Assembly: GCA_045837725.1 (NCBI GenBank) | Contig: JBEWZL010000246.1 | Coordinates: 1-64,000 of the forward strand | Direction of reading: 5' to 3' | DNA length: 64,000 nt | Source: Vermamoeba vermiformis | Lineage: Eukaryota | In this document: piece after piece, positions 11,741-25,700 of the stretch | Layout: every line of letters begins with the position of its first letter | Position numbering within the stretch: position 1 is the first letter of the stretch | The notes under the pieces: generated by a model | Databases searched by the model: none | What the model was told of the DNA's origin: nothing | The model's input: only the letters and a program-made list of their open reading frames with translations | Program-made: the position numbers and the translations under genes

Positions 11741-12178
11741 TGCTTAGCTTAGAATACCTACTATAAATATGATTTTAGAATGCTTCTGGGATTGGTTCAC
11801 CGAGAAGTTGGATTTCGAGTTGATCCTTTTTGTTTCCTGATTGAGTTTAAATTTTAAGCGTAGATAATATTTCTTGTATATTTTTTCTTTTAATGCTATG
11901 TAACTTGAATTTACCAACCGGTGTCAAGCAAACGAATAATTGCAAATCCATAAATTTGTAGAATTTGCTAGCGATCGTGATTACAGTAATGTAATTAAAA
12001 GTCTATATTTAATAAAATTTAGCGATAGAAACACCCGAAAACGCTTACCTAGGAAGATCCAAGCTGATTATTCAGTGCTGTCCTAGTAGGATAATTATTG
12101 TCCGGAGCTATGATTCAATAAAGCTCGTGTTGTTGCTATGTTGAAATAGAGTGGCAAATAAACGCCCCTCCTCGTAAC

Positions 12179-13420
12179 CTAGAAACCATGCGAAAATTCC
12201 GGCGGAAGTTTTCCTAATTTGGTAATTTCAGACCAGCTCTCAAATGCATTATCAGACATATTAAGCGTCGTTAAGTGATCGAATCCGGTGATAAACTCTT
12301 CAGCGGCATCAATGGTTTTGAGATTATTCTTGCCCAAGTGCAGCTCTTGCAAGTTTGGGAACGAATATTTCAACTTGTCCATTTGTTGCCACGTCATCGC
12401 ACAATCGTTGAGCACTAATATAGTGACAGTGCTGAACACTACATTAGCTGGCAATTCTTTTTGCATTTCTACGAGTCGACACGACGTCAAGTTCAGCGTG
12501 GTGAGCTGCGGGAAATTACTCGCGATGCCGTGCAGTGTGTGATAATCTGATATTAAATTCGCTGATAAATCGACTTCGGTAATACCTAAACTGTAATCAA
12601 TAACTGAAAAACAACGAAATCTGCAAGCAATGCATGTATGTCCGAAGGGCACTTACTTTCGCCGATCTGTTTCAGAAGTGGATCGTGCGCTTGTAAGTGA
12701 TGCGACACATTATACTGATGCAGTGAGATACACTTGAGATTGTTAGGCACGGTGACTTTGAGCGTCGAGTCGCTCTTTTTGAAGCTAAAGGTCGCTTGTG
12801 TTGCGGCACTTTCGCGAGTAAATAGCAACACGTCTTTGCCGCCATTAAACTCTCCTAGTGAACTCTCTTGAATATGACTCTCTTCGTTTTGTTGCGTCTC
12901 TGTTTGATACTTTGCTAAAAAGCCTACATATGTAATTTAAGTATTTTTTGAAGCTTGGAAAGTGTCCAGCTGGATCTACCTTGTAAAAATGATATTCCGC
13001 CAGTAACTTGTTCAATTGGTATAAACGATCCTTTGGAGCCTTCTGGGACATTGAAATATTGCTCGCCTGCAATTTGTAAAACGTGAGTACGCTGATCAAG
13101 CAAAAACTCTGATCGAGCAAAAAAAAATACATTACCGTTCACTGAACCATTATTTAGACCCCAATCTGATTGATCCATTAATATTCCCGCATACTGTTGG
13201 GATGCAGGCTTATCCTAGTATAAATGTTAGTTTGTTCCCTAGGTAACACGCATGCATAATTTTTAAAATTTCTAAATTGATTTTCGTGCCTTAATATTGC
13301 CTATGTATTTGCACCACCCTCGTCTACCATCTTTTTTCACCGCAACTCGAAAGTTTAATGTTACTGGCAGATCTGAAAAAAATTGTTCCAGTAGCAAATC
13401 TGTCGCATTTTTTTGCATTT
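12179..13420 (-). pseudogene. TBCE: Tubulin-folding cofactor E-like gene (CAP-Gly + LRR), C-terminally truncated; start codon not identified
   Basis: CAP-Gly-like DGRRGWCKYIG..YAGILMD..GLNNGSVN/GEQYF..GSFI, then LRRs (EVDLSANLI, FPNLQELHLGKNNL, LNMSDNAFESWSEITKLGKLP), then a stop with no further LRR or Ubl domain. One intron needs a GC donor. Confidence 0.6.
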
Positions 13421-13549
13421 GTGCAGCTAATATTATACAAATACACTAAAATAGATAAGTGCTCAGTGTATGTCAATCTGTTGACTAAAAATAATTATGC
13501 ACGAAACGCAAACCAATTTTATTCTTTCACACGCGAGCAGAGCACAACG

Positions 13550-14578
<1,029 letters not shown>

Positions 14579-14759
14579 ATGTGACTCCGCATGAAATATA
14601 GCTTTACTGTTGGTACAGAGCGGTAAAGTTATGACTAGATCCAACGACAAAATATTTTTTAACTTGCAAGTGTACAAAGTGTAATAATGTTCGATAAATA
14701 ATTAGGACAATAATAAACGCGCTGTCCAATAGATAACGAATATAACAATGTAGCGATAT

Positions 14760-15350
14760 ACTTAACATTTCTGGAACAATGCGCGGGGTAATTGAATTAA
14801 ATAGTTACCTCTATATCGCCTACTAATCAAGGGATGATTTATCACCATTCAACTCGTATCGTTTATCACACAACTGCCTTTAAGCCGTTCTAGCATTAAA
14901 ATAGGTACGTGCACCATATCCACATCGTACTACGTTTTAACCTTCAGTTCCTTGTAATAGAGATTCTTGGCATTGTTTCTCATGGCGCGAGTTCCTTTGA
15001 AGTGAATCAAGGAGCCGACCCAGGCTTCTAGGCCCGAGGCATCCTGCAAGATCACTGAGCTGAGCGAGGTATTACAACACGCTGTACGTACAAGGTAAGT
15101 CTACCCATCACTCCTTCAGCAGGCTTTATTCCTGAAGACTTCAGTCCCTCCAATCGCCTGCAAACAGCCGCACCAAGCAGCTCCCTGATGTTGATGCTAT
15201 TGTCATCGGCCTTACACGATAAATGGAGCTCTACAAAGACGTCCGATCCGTTGGATGCAGCTGCAATTCTGAACTGGAATGTTCAGCGAAGAGTAACTCG
15301 CTTCTTGGACCTCTACGATTGGTCGGGAATAGTAAGTGCACCACATTTCA
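14760..15350 (-). other. Possible degenerate coding relic of unknown family
   Basis: GC-richer, coding-like stretch between UBC13 and the next gene; minus-strand frames are long but broken by stops and a frame change. Confidence 0.2.
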
Positions 15351-15483
15351 GGAGTTTAATTTAATTCCGAACTCCAATTTTAGGAAGGAAAAATGTGATC
15401 TACAGGACGGAAACCTGTCAGGTGGACAGATATAAAATCAAAGCTTGGCATCGTTTTATTCGTAATACAACAACATAGACAAC

Positions 15484-16448
15484 ATGCGAGCCCTTATTTA
15501 TTTTACCGTAGCACTTTCAATCGTCTGTTTGGCTCACGGATTCGGCAAGGATCTGATCCACTCTGCTGGTGCTCAAGAGCCATTGCCTACTACTACCAAT
15601 GCTGCATCTGCCGCTGGGTGGGTGAGATCTAACTCCCCGTGCATTCCTTCCATCGGCCAAGCGTGGAACAAGAAGCACCCGTACCCAACTACATCCCATC
15701 CAATGACGCTTTACTTCGCTGCCAACGGCCAAATTAGTGGCTTTGGTACCGACCTATTTGGCGACGTGCCTGATTTATGGTACCTTCGCGGCTACTACGT
15801 TTACATCGACGAGGGACAATACCGCATCAAAGTTGCAACTCGATCAGCGGACACAAATATGTGCACTGTGAAGACTGCCTTCTCAGAGCCTATTGGAGAT
15901 CGTATTGTTATCCACCCCGATGGTATTAACCACCGCATTCCTCCTAACGAAGATGACGCTGCTGCGAAAAAATGGTCTCGCGGTGCCTGCTTGGATGGAA
16001 TGGGCCGTCATTGGGAATATGACTTGGTCTCTGCCCCTGCTATTGTAAGGAATATTCTATATTTGATTGTCTTATTCTTATACTTATGCTTATACTTCTA
16101 TTTACTGCAGTCTTACAACGTATCCACTTTGTTGCCTGTTGTTCCAATGTACGATCTGAACGGCAATCTCAACGTCATCTTCTTTGCTTCGAGCAGCGTT
16201 CAGCAAGGTCTGTTCAGCAACAACCAGTGGGGTAAGTGGTTGAAATCACAAGTGCTGATCCGTCCGTTTATCCCTACCAGACTCGAATGCTAACGTTACA
16301 TAACTATATTATAGACGTCATCCCCATCAACGGTTATTTGTTCTGCAAGAACTTCTGTGGTACTTGTGGCTGGAGCAATTTGTCATTTTGGAGCACTATG
16401 CACGTCTGGTTCGGCACTACCTCTCTGAAGTGCCCTTCTACTTGTTAA
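15484..16448 (+). CDS. Secreted Cys/Trp-containing protein of unknown function
   Basis: Signal-peptide-like MRALIYFTVALSIVCLAHG; two introns (about 16045-16110 and 16232-16314); motifs GACLDGMGRHWEYD and WSTMHVWF. Confidence 0.8.
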
Positions 16449-16610
16449 ATAGCATTGTAGCACATGTTAATATGTTTTTTAACGATATAAAAGGATTACA
16501 GATCCTTCAAATCAAAAGCACGTGATTTTGTGACCCAACAAAAATGCACGCCGGCATTATTTTTGCTATCTGAACAAATATCAACACTATCTGCAGCAAC
16601 AGTTTGAATA

Positions 16611-18297
16611 ATGGCCAGCAACAAATTTCGTAGCGTGTTGAGACCGGATTTGTTCAAAGATCAAGTTATTTTCGTTACTGGAGGCGGTACCGGTATTGGC
16701 CGTGCATGTGCTCATGAATTGGCCGCGTAAGTTTTCTATATTAAGCGATGAAATTCGATTTTCCCAGCTGCATCCGGTCGCAAACCGAAAAAAAATAGGC
16801 AAAAAATTATTACTTCCGTATTTCCTGTCTGCGGATATTTATATACATTACGGGCAGATTTCTTATCAATAAGAAAATAATAAATAATGAAACGTTTTTT
16901 CCTGCTGATATTGATAAATCTTTTGGTTTCAGGTTGGGCGCGACGGTAGTTATTGCAGGACGTAATATAGACTCACTGAAGACAGTAGTTAATGAAATTA
17001 CTCAACTTGGAGGCAAGGTAAGAAACTAGATTTGATCCGGATCTTGTCGCACGATTTTAACTTGAATAAGGCTGATTATAGACAAATGAACATTAGAAAC
17101 GAAGCTGAAGTTAATAAAGTGGTCGATGACATCGTCAAAACGCACGGAAAAATCAACGGTCTAGTGGTACGTTCGTAATCCGAATCCATTCAATTTCTAA
17201 AAATTGCTCAATGTAGAATTCAAATCAATATACTGCTATTTATATTAACTGCATATGCTATTAGAACAATGCTGGAGGTCAATTCCCTTCGCCAGTTGCA
17301 AATATGTCTTCAAATGGCTGGAAAACTGTTATTGACTTAAATGTTAATGGTACGCTTTAAAAACAAGTATAAATACCTTATAGGGATATAATAATATAGT
17401 GTAGTATCAATGTGTTAATGGTCTGTTTATAGGAACGTTTTACGTTACAAAGGCAGTCTTTCGAGCGTGGATGGAGGAACACGGTGGATCCATCGTCAAT
17501 ATTATTGCCGACATGTTCAATGGCTTCCCTATGATGGCACACACTGGTGCAGCACGTGCAGCGGTACAAAACCTTACCATGTCGCTCGGTGTTGAGTGGG
17601 GCAAGTACGGCATCCGAGTCAACGCGATCGCGCCAGGAATTATTTTGAGCTCAGGAATGAAGAACTACCCTGATGCCCTTATCGATGGCGTTGTTAAGAA
17701 CTCGACGGGGGTAAGTACTGATCATTATAATAATGTGTCTTAATCACAATGAAATTTTTGGTACAAAAGTACTTTAGCAAGATCCAAACTGACCTGAGGA
17801 GGGGTTACTAAATATGTTATTAATATCATACTAATCATATGATGTTCGTAGGTCCCAGCCGGCCGTTACGGCACAGAGAGTGAAGTGTCGAGTGCAGTGG
17901 CCTTTTTGTTGAGTGAAGGTGCCGCGTACATCACCGGCGCTACTTTGCGCGTGGACGGTGGATCATCGTTGTTGAAACGTAAGCAGCATAATATATAATT
18001 GTACTATTGTCATATATATGAGGCACGATCCGAACTCCGAAAAAAATTTTTGTACTTGGCTGGATCTGCGTATCTTTTGGCTCGACCGAACAATCTATCG
18101 AAATTATTCATTTTTGCGACAAAATTGTTGTATTTATAGTACTTATACTAGTAATTATAGGCACTGAGTTTGCGGAGACGATTTTGCCGAAAGAAGCCAA
18201 GATCCAAGGCTACAACGGCTTCCCCTCGCATTTGAAGCCCGACATTCCCGTCAAATTGCAGCAATTATTTGATGATATGACGCGTGCTAAATTGTAG
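16611..18297 (+). CDS. PECR: Peroxisomal trans-2-enoyl-CoA reductase-like SDR
   Basis: VTGGGTGIG Rossmann motif, NNAGGQF, GFPMMAHTGAARAAV, GIRVNAIAPG, YITGATLRVDGG; C-terminal AKL-stop (PTS1). Confidence 0.88.
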
Positions 18298-18477
18298 AAT
18301 AGAAGTTAAAACTCGACTTGAACCACTTAGATTTGATACTCGACTTCTTAGCCTGAGCAACGCAGGTAACTTACGTCATTGCTTAATGATATTATTATTA
18401 GTATCATATATATGTGAGGGAAATTTAGGCGATTTGATTTGTGCGAGGTGCGCAGTCAATTTTACTATTGTTGGCCA

Positions 18478-19655
18478 ATGAACAACACAAGTATGGCGCG
18501 CACAAGTGTTGGGGCAATCATGCTGCTATTTATAATATCTATTAGTGCAGATCAATACAGATTTATGGCGTTCAACGTCGGCAATACAGATCTGTTCGGA
18601 TGTCACAAATCCAAACTTTGCGATCCGATTGCAGCTAACGATGTGTATGATTTGGTAGCAAAATATCAACCCGATGTGATATTATTCAGCGAATTATGCG
18701 ATTCTAATCAATTAATGAAGAGTTCTACTGGCTGCTCGAGGTAAATTGAAACAGATCTTGCCCGCACAAACTTTTTCTCCGGTCAAATCAGCTATTTAAT
18801 TTTCAACTATTGTTATAATTATTGTTCATTCTTACTATAATATTAAAATAGCACTCCGAGCGGTCCTGTTGTCAATTCTGCGATTTATGACGGCTGCAGT
18901 TTGTTCGCCGATCGAACATGGAAATCACGAGTGCGTTGTTTGGAAGAGAAATCTATTCAAATTAATAAACACCGACTACTTGACGTTCCCTAACTGCAAT
19001 AATGATTTCACCGTTGTGAGAGCCTCGCTGAAGGCCTTAAACGCGTCGAATCCAAGGTACGTGTGGTTCCCTGACATACATCACCACACCAGTATTAACG
19101 TTAATTAGATCCAGTGTATTTCATGCCGTAGCAACGCATCCGCCTTCATTGGCCTCGGCGATCTTTCAGCCCTCATGCTCACTAACAAAGAACGCACACG
19201 GTAATACTCTCTTCGCAACTTTACGGTCATTAACCATTAATTTGCAGCGATCTGGTCGTGGTTGAACAGCACAGTCTCGTTTAACGAAAACATAATTATT
19301 GGAGGAGACTGGAACGAAAAATTCGACGTAATTAAGCCGACAATTCAACCTACGATATGGCAGGTAAGTAAAAGAAATCTATTTCAGGGTTTCAGGACTC
19401 ATTTCGAGTTTAAAGGTTGTCTACGCTGCGTACCAAAACGGCATCTACTGGAATCAAAACCAGAACACGGATGTAATAACCGGTGGGGGTTATTTCTCGC
19501 GCTATTATGACCACTTGTTCGCCAACTTCGGTACTAAAGTAACTAATACATTCGTTTGGGGTGCTGCTGTTGGTTCGAACCAAGATCCGAACAGAATTCC
19601 ATTGCCGCCATACTTCGATCACTCGTTCATTTTCACCGACATCGCATTGCAATAA
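18478..19655 (+). CDS. Secreted exonuclease-endonuclease-phosphatase (EEP) family hydrolase
   Basis: Hydrophobic leader, then FMAFNVG, PDVILFSE, ATH, IIGGDWN, IDHLFAN and FDHSFIF: the EEP catalytic motif series. Confidence 0.8.
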
Positions 19656-19772
19656 TAAAGCACTGAGTTAGTATTAATTTAATTTATTGAATTACGGTAC
19701 AATTGATTTCGCATTTGATATGATTATAATAATACAGGGATACCTAACAAACTAAGTAGAGCTTTGAACGCT

Positions 19773-22700
19773 TTAGTTGGTAGTGCCAGCGTTTTGTTCA
19801 TAGAACGGGTTGACACCTTCTTGGAAGCGACCAGCGTAAATGGCGGAAGTGCTGGCAGCGTTGTTCATGTTGGTGATGTTGTCGAAATAGTCGTCGACAC
19901 CAGCAGCCTGGTATCTTCTGCGGACACCAAAGATGACACCAATAACGAGACCAACAGCGGCAGCAGCAGAGACGGAGAGGGCAATGGTCAATGTGTTGTC
20001 GGTGACGCCGTTGTTTTCACCAATCAAGTTCGATTGAGGAGTAACGGAGAGGATCAACTGAGAAGACAAAGGTCTGTCCTCCTTGTCAGTGAAGCCCAAG
20101 TCGTTAACGGTGATGAAGACTTGATAGGAAGCAGTCTCGACACCGTCGAACAAGATCTTAGTAGAGTGCAAGTAGACTTCGTTGAGTTGGTCTTGAGGAG
20201 CGTGGCACTTAACACCAGGGAAGCCATTGGTGTCGGTAATTTCCATGCAAGGAGCTTCGATGACGCGGCTTCCAGAGGTTCTGTTCTCCATGGCACCATC
20301 GGCGAGGACTTGGATGGAACCAACAGAGCAAGAGATGATCAAGTCAATCTTGTTCTTACCCGAGTCAATGTCGGAAAGGTCAACGTCGTTCAAAGTGACC
20401 ATAGGGACGCCGTTTTGATCGGGGTAAGCAGTACGACCGCCATACTGCGTGGAGATGACAGGTGCGTCGTTAATCGGGAGAACACGAATGATGGCCTTGA
20501 CAGGAGCAGAAGGCAAGTCGAAGTCGTCCTGAGCGATCAAGTTGAATTGACCGAAGTTACGAGCGTCATACGCGTCCTTGTCGGGAACGTAGAGCACCTT
20601 GTAGGAGCCAGCAGTAACGAAGTTAACGACCATAGGAGGATTGAGTTCTTCACCACGAGCGCAGTCAGCACCGTCAGTAGTGTCGCACATGTAGAGCTTG
20701 GCGTTGGTAGGTATGCTAGAAGTGATCTTGACGATGATGTCGGCAAGAGGCGAGTCGACGTCGGAGACAGTCCAAGAGAGAACGTACTCGGTGTCTTCAT
20801 CAAAATCAACACGACCAGGCAAAGGAGTGTAAGCAGGAGTGATGACTGGAGGATCATTGACAGGGATGACGTTGATGGTCACATTGTAAGGAACACTAAC
20901 AGCGCCTTGATCATCTGTGAGAACGAAAGTGAAAGAAGCGTAGGCTTGGCCGTTTTCGTTCAAAGCAGGAACAAAGGAGACGCGCTTGTCGGCATTGACA
21001 ACGACACTACCAGCAGTAAGAGGGGCTCTATCGCATGTAGCAGTGGCGCCAGTGCACTCGTAGAGTTGACCACGTTCAACACCGGAGGTGATGGTCATAG
21101 TGGCATTGAGCTCGCTATCGACGTCGAAGATCTGACTGATGAAGGTCATGTCCAAGTTGGTATCTTCCAATACGTCGAAGACCAAAGAACCACCGTAGGT
21201 AGGAGGATCGTTGACAGGAGTGACGTAGACAACACCATCGTAAATCTTGCTTCGCTCGTTACCCTCATCCTTGACGACGTAAGTGAAACGACCCAGAGGA
21301 CGACCAGAGCTGAAGGCGTTGAGGTCAGGAACGAACCACAAAGTCTTGTTGGGCATGTCGGCACCAGGGACAACAGGTTGAGTGAACTCGGCATCGAGAT
21401 AGAACTTGCCTTCGTTGCTGTTGTCAACTGAGACGATGATGGTCTTCAAGTTCTCAAAAGAAGTCTCATAGTCACGAGCGTCAAGAGTGATGAGAACAGG
21501 AGTGTCTTCGGGGGTGGTAGTAAGAGAGTCTTCACCGAAAGGAGCGTAGTTGGAGTAGATTAAGTTGACAGTGATAGTGTACTGAGGACTGTCAGCTTGG
21601 CCGTCATTGAGTTTGAACTTGTATTGAGCGACCGCAGTAGTAACGGGGTAGAACTGAACGACGGCAGGAGGAGTCCAAGTGAACTTCCAAGGATCGGAGG
21701 TATCATAAGTCTTAGGAAGAGTGACTTCCGTAGCACCGTTATCGTCGCTGAGGGTACCAATGCCTTCACCGCTGGACAAGGAAAGGGTGATCGAGTCAAC
21801 GTCAGTGTCGATGTCTTGAACGATGAACTCGGTGATATCAACAGGAATGCCACGGAAAGTAGAGACAACAATATCAGCAGAAGCAGGAGGATCGTTGACT
21901 GGCTTGACAGTGAAGTCGAAGGTGGCATCATCGCGAGCGTTGGCAGGGTCGAGAACGTACCAATCGAATGTGTCGTCACCGTTGTAGTTGTCATTAGGCT
22001 TGTAAGTGACAGTCTTGCTAGTGCTGAAGGTAGTGCCAATAGTAGCAACGGAGTTGGCGCCGTACAACAGCTTGCCATTAGTAGGCAATGTACCAATAAC
22101 AACGGTCAATTGGCCAACGGTGTTATCCACGTCACCGATGTAAGAAGTGAAGTCAATTGGGAAGGTGGTATCCTCGTTGAGAGTGAAATCATCACCGGAA
22201 GCAGTAGGAGCGTCGTTGACAGGCAAAACATTCAAAGTACCAGTAACGGTAGCAGAGTCGAGATCGCCGTCAGTAACGTGGAAGTTGAACGTGGTGTAAG
22301 GAGAGTTGTTATCATTGGCAAATGCTTTAAAGCCTAACAAGCTGATGGAGGCCGAACCAATGTTCTTAGGATAGGAGGAGATAGGAGTGCCGTCCAAGTA
22401 AAGAGTACCCTTGCCAGGAGCAGCTTCAATGACGTAAGTAAGCGAGTCACCATCGACATCTTCGGAAGAGAAACCAGTGATAGGGAAGAGCTCGTCTTCA
22501 TAGCCAGTAGCAGTGACTGCCTTGGTAGTGGGCGCATCGTTAACTGGGTTGACTGTGATCGAGACAGTGCGAGGAGCAGACTTGGCTGAGAGCACGTCGA
22601 CAACGTAGAAACCGAAAGAATCAGGTCCGTTGTAGTTGGTGTTAGGAACGTAAGTAACAACCGAGGTGGTGCTAGTGGCATCAGAAGTCTTAACAGTCAG

Positions 22701-25700
22701 CTGAGTGTTCTCAGTAGTGAGGAAGGCACTGTTGTGTTGGAGACGACCGTTCGTAGGCAAGGTAGTAATGACAATAGTCAACGTCTTCTGCTCGTTGGTG
22801 ATGGTATCAAGATCGGTACCAGACAACGATATGGTCTTGCTGGTGTCCTCGTCAGTAACTTGAGCTCCAGGGTCGTTAGTCGTAGGAGGATTGTTCAAAG
22901 CAACGCGCAAAACAACGGTTGTAGTCGCGCTGGAAGCAGAAGGAGCGGGTTGACCGGTATCCCTCGCAAAGAAACCCAAGCTAACTTGCAAGTTGTCAGG
23001 AGCAAGAGCACCAGGAGTCCAGCTCAAAGTGACGGTGCTAGAGGCGCCATCAGGGTTGTTGTAAGAGGCAACGCTGATTTGCGAAGCAGGGGTAAGAGCA
23101 GTAGCACCGACGGTGAGGGTACCCGTAGCAGATGAAGCGGTAGGCAAAGTATTGGTACCGATGAGGGTAGCGACAACGTCATTAATATCAACGTCTCTCA
23201 CCGTGACAGTGAAATTAGAAGCAACTGTTCTGGTAGCAACGACTGAAGTTGTCGAAGTAATGAGAGTAGGAGCATCGTTGACGGGACTAACGGTAATCGT
23301 CACAGTTCGATCAACTGAAGACAGAGAACCGTCGCTAACACTGTAGGTGAAGGTGGCTTGACCGTTGAAGTTCAACTTGGGAACGAAGTAAACGGTCTGA
23401 GTGGGAAGCACGGTAACACTGTCGATATCGGTGGTGCTGCTACTGTCAACGCGGAGAGTACCAGCAGCCGCGCTTGGTCTGTTCTTGATGATAACAGAGA
23501 GAGACAGAGGGTCATTATCGACATCGCCAATCTTGGGAGGAGCAAAAGAGATAGTGAAGGGTGTGTCCTCGTTCGTTGTTGCACTGAAGTCAGTTGCTGT
23601 AGGAGCATCATTGACAGCCAAGACATAGACGTTGACAGTGTACTCGGGAGAGGACAAAGAGGGAGTGCCGTTGTCGTTGACCTTGAACTTGAAGGTAGTG
23701 TACACAGTGTCAGCAGGAGCATTGGCGTCAGCAGGAGGAGTGTACTTCAAACCCCAGTTGGCTTGAGCAATGTTCGCGTTAAGGGTCACTGCAGTACCAG
23801 AGGGAAGAGCAAGGGTTCCCTTTGCAGGCAAGGAAGTGATAGTCAATGTGAACACTGAGCTATCAATGTCGCGCGCAACAAATTCAGAGAACGTGTACGT
23901 AGTATCCTCATTGGTAGTGACGTCAAATCCTTGAGAAGTAGGAGGGTCGTTGACAGGGGTAACAGTGATGTAGACTGTCTTGACAGCTGATTGACCTCCA
24001 GGAGTATCTCTGAAGTAGTACGAGAACGAGTCCGCTCCATTGTAATCAGGGTTGGGAACGTAGCTAAGGGTGTAGGTCGTGGTAGTGCTCGTAGTCGAAG
24101 GAGTTGACAATGAACCAGTCACTTCAGTAGTTCCTTGGAACAGCTTGCCGTTTGAGGGAAGAGTACCAATGAAACCAGTCAAGGTGTTGCCTTCACCACT
24201 GTCAGCATCGGTACCAGTAAGTAGGTAGTTGTTGACAGTAGTGTCTTCAGGAGTGGTGATGTTAGCGTTGGTGGTGATAGTGGGGTTGTTGTTATTAGCA
24301 ACGGCGAACGTGATAGTAAGAGTGTTGCTAGAAGCGCTTGGTGGAGGAGTACCGACGTCACTGACGACGAAAGTCACAGTACCCACAACTCCGTTAGAAG
24401 CCCCGGCGGAAGGGGTCCAGACAAGGTTAACAACTTCATTGACACCGTTGGCGTTAGGTCGAGTAACCTTTGAAGTGATCATTAGGTTAGCTAACCAAAC
24501 ACGAAGAAAATACAAGTCAATACTTACCACGTTCGTCGAAACACCTGTGATGGCTGCGCCTCCGGACAAAGATAGAACACCTTGGCCGGCAGTGATGCTG
24601 TAAGCGCTGACCTTGAGGGTGATAGCGTCATTCTTGTCCACATCTTGCATGTTAAGAGGAATTGTAACAGCCTGATTTCTATTTGAGGTCGCGGTAGTGA
24701 CTTGAGAGTTGAGAGTAGGAGCATCGTTAACCGCGTTGATCACGACGGTGACAGTTCCAATATTGGAGTTAAGAGCACCATCAAAGACAACGTAGTTGAA
24801 CGTAGTAGTTCCGTAGGCATTAGCCACTGTGTTCACGAAAACGCTCAATTGGTTCAACGAAGTGAAGGCAGCAATATCCGTTGAGCTACCAGAGTCTTGA
24901 CGAAGAGTAGCCAAAGTGGAGCTAGGCAAAGTCTGAACAATGATAGTCAAATCGGAGTTAGGGTTATCAATGTCAGAAATGCGGCTGGTGAAGTCAATCG
25001 TGGTAGTAGTATCTTCGTCGATTGTAACAGTGAAGCTAGTAGCAACAGGAGCGTCATTAACGGGCAAGACGTAAAAAGTGACAGTGTAGGTGGGGGAGCT
25101 AGAAACAGCGTCGTTCAACTTGAAACTCAACTGCGTGTAAGGAGATCCGTTCTCGTTAGCAGCAGGAGTGTAACGAAGAGCCCAGTTGGCAGCAGCGATC
25201 GAAGTACCAGCAACAACATTGGTGTTATCACCGGCCTTGTTCTGCAAAGTGCCCTTGCCAGGAAGATTGACAATAGTCAATGTCAACGTGTCACCGTCGA
25301 CATCAGTTCCAGAGAAGGAAGTGATGGTGTAGGTCGTATCTTCGTTGAGGGTAACATTGAAAGACGAGCCAGTGGGAGGATCGTTGACAGGAGTGACAGT
25401 GATAGTGACCAAGAAAGTACCAGACCTGGCGCCCAAAACATCTTGCAAGTAGAACGAGAAGGTATCTTGGCCGTTGAAGTTGGCCCTGGGGACGTAGTCA
25501 ATGTTCCAGAATGAAGAAGGCGCGGAATCTGTTTGTCTGCCGCTCAATTGGCCAGTTACAGCATTTCCGGATTGTTGAAGAACACCGTTGTCGGGTAGCT
25601 TCACCAAGAAAGCGTTGAGAGATTGGGATTGGGATGTACCATCGGGATCGTCACCTCTAATCACAAAGCTGCCCAAGGTGTTATCTTCAGCAATGGTGGC

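Noticed and set aside
12845-12985. Apparent frameshift in the TBCE-like gene
   Set aside because: A phase-1 intron restores the frame (…FLQ G FLAKYQ…).
19764-21431. 555-aa plus-strand ORF and other plus-strand ORFs across 19.7-28.8 kb
   Set aside because: Antisense shadows of the codon-biased adhesin gene; no recognisable motifs.
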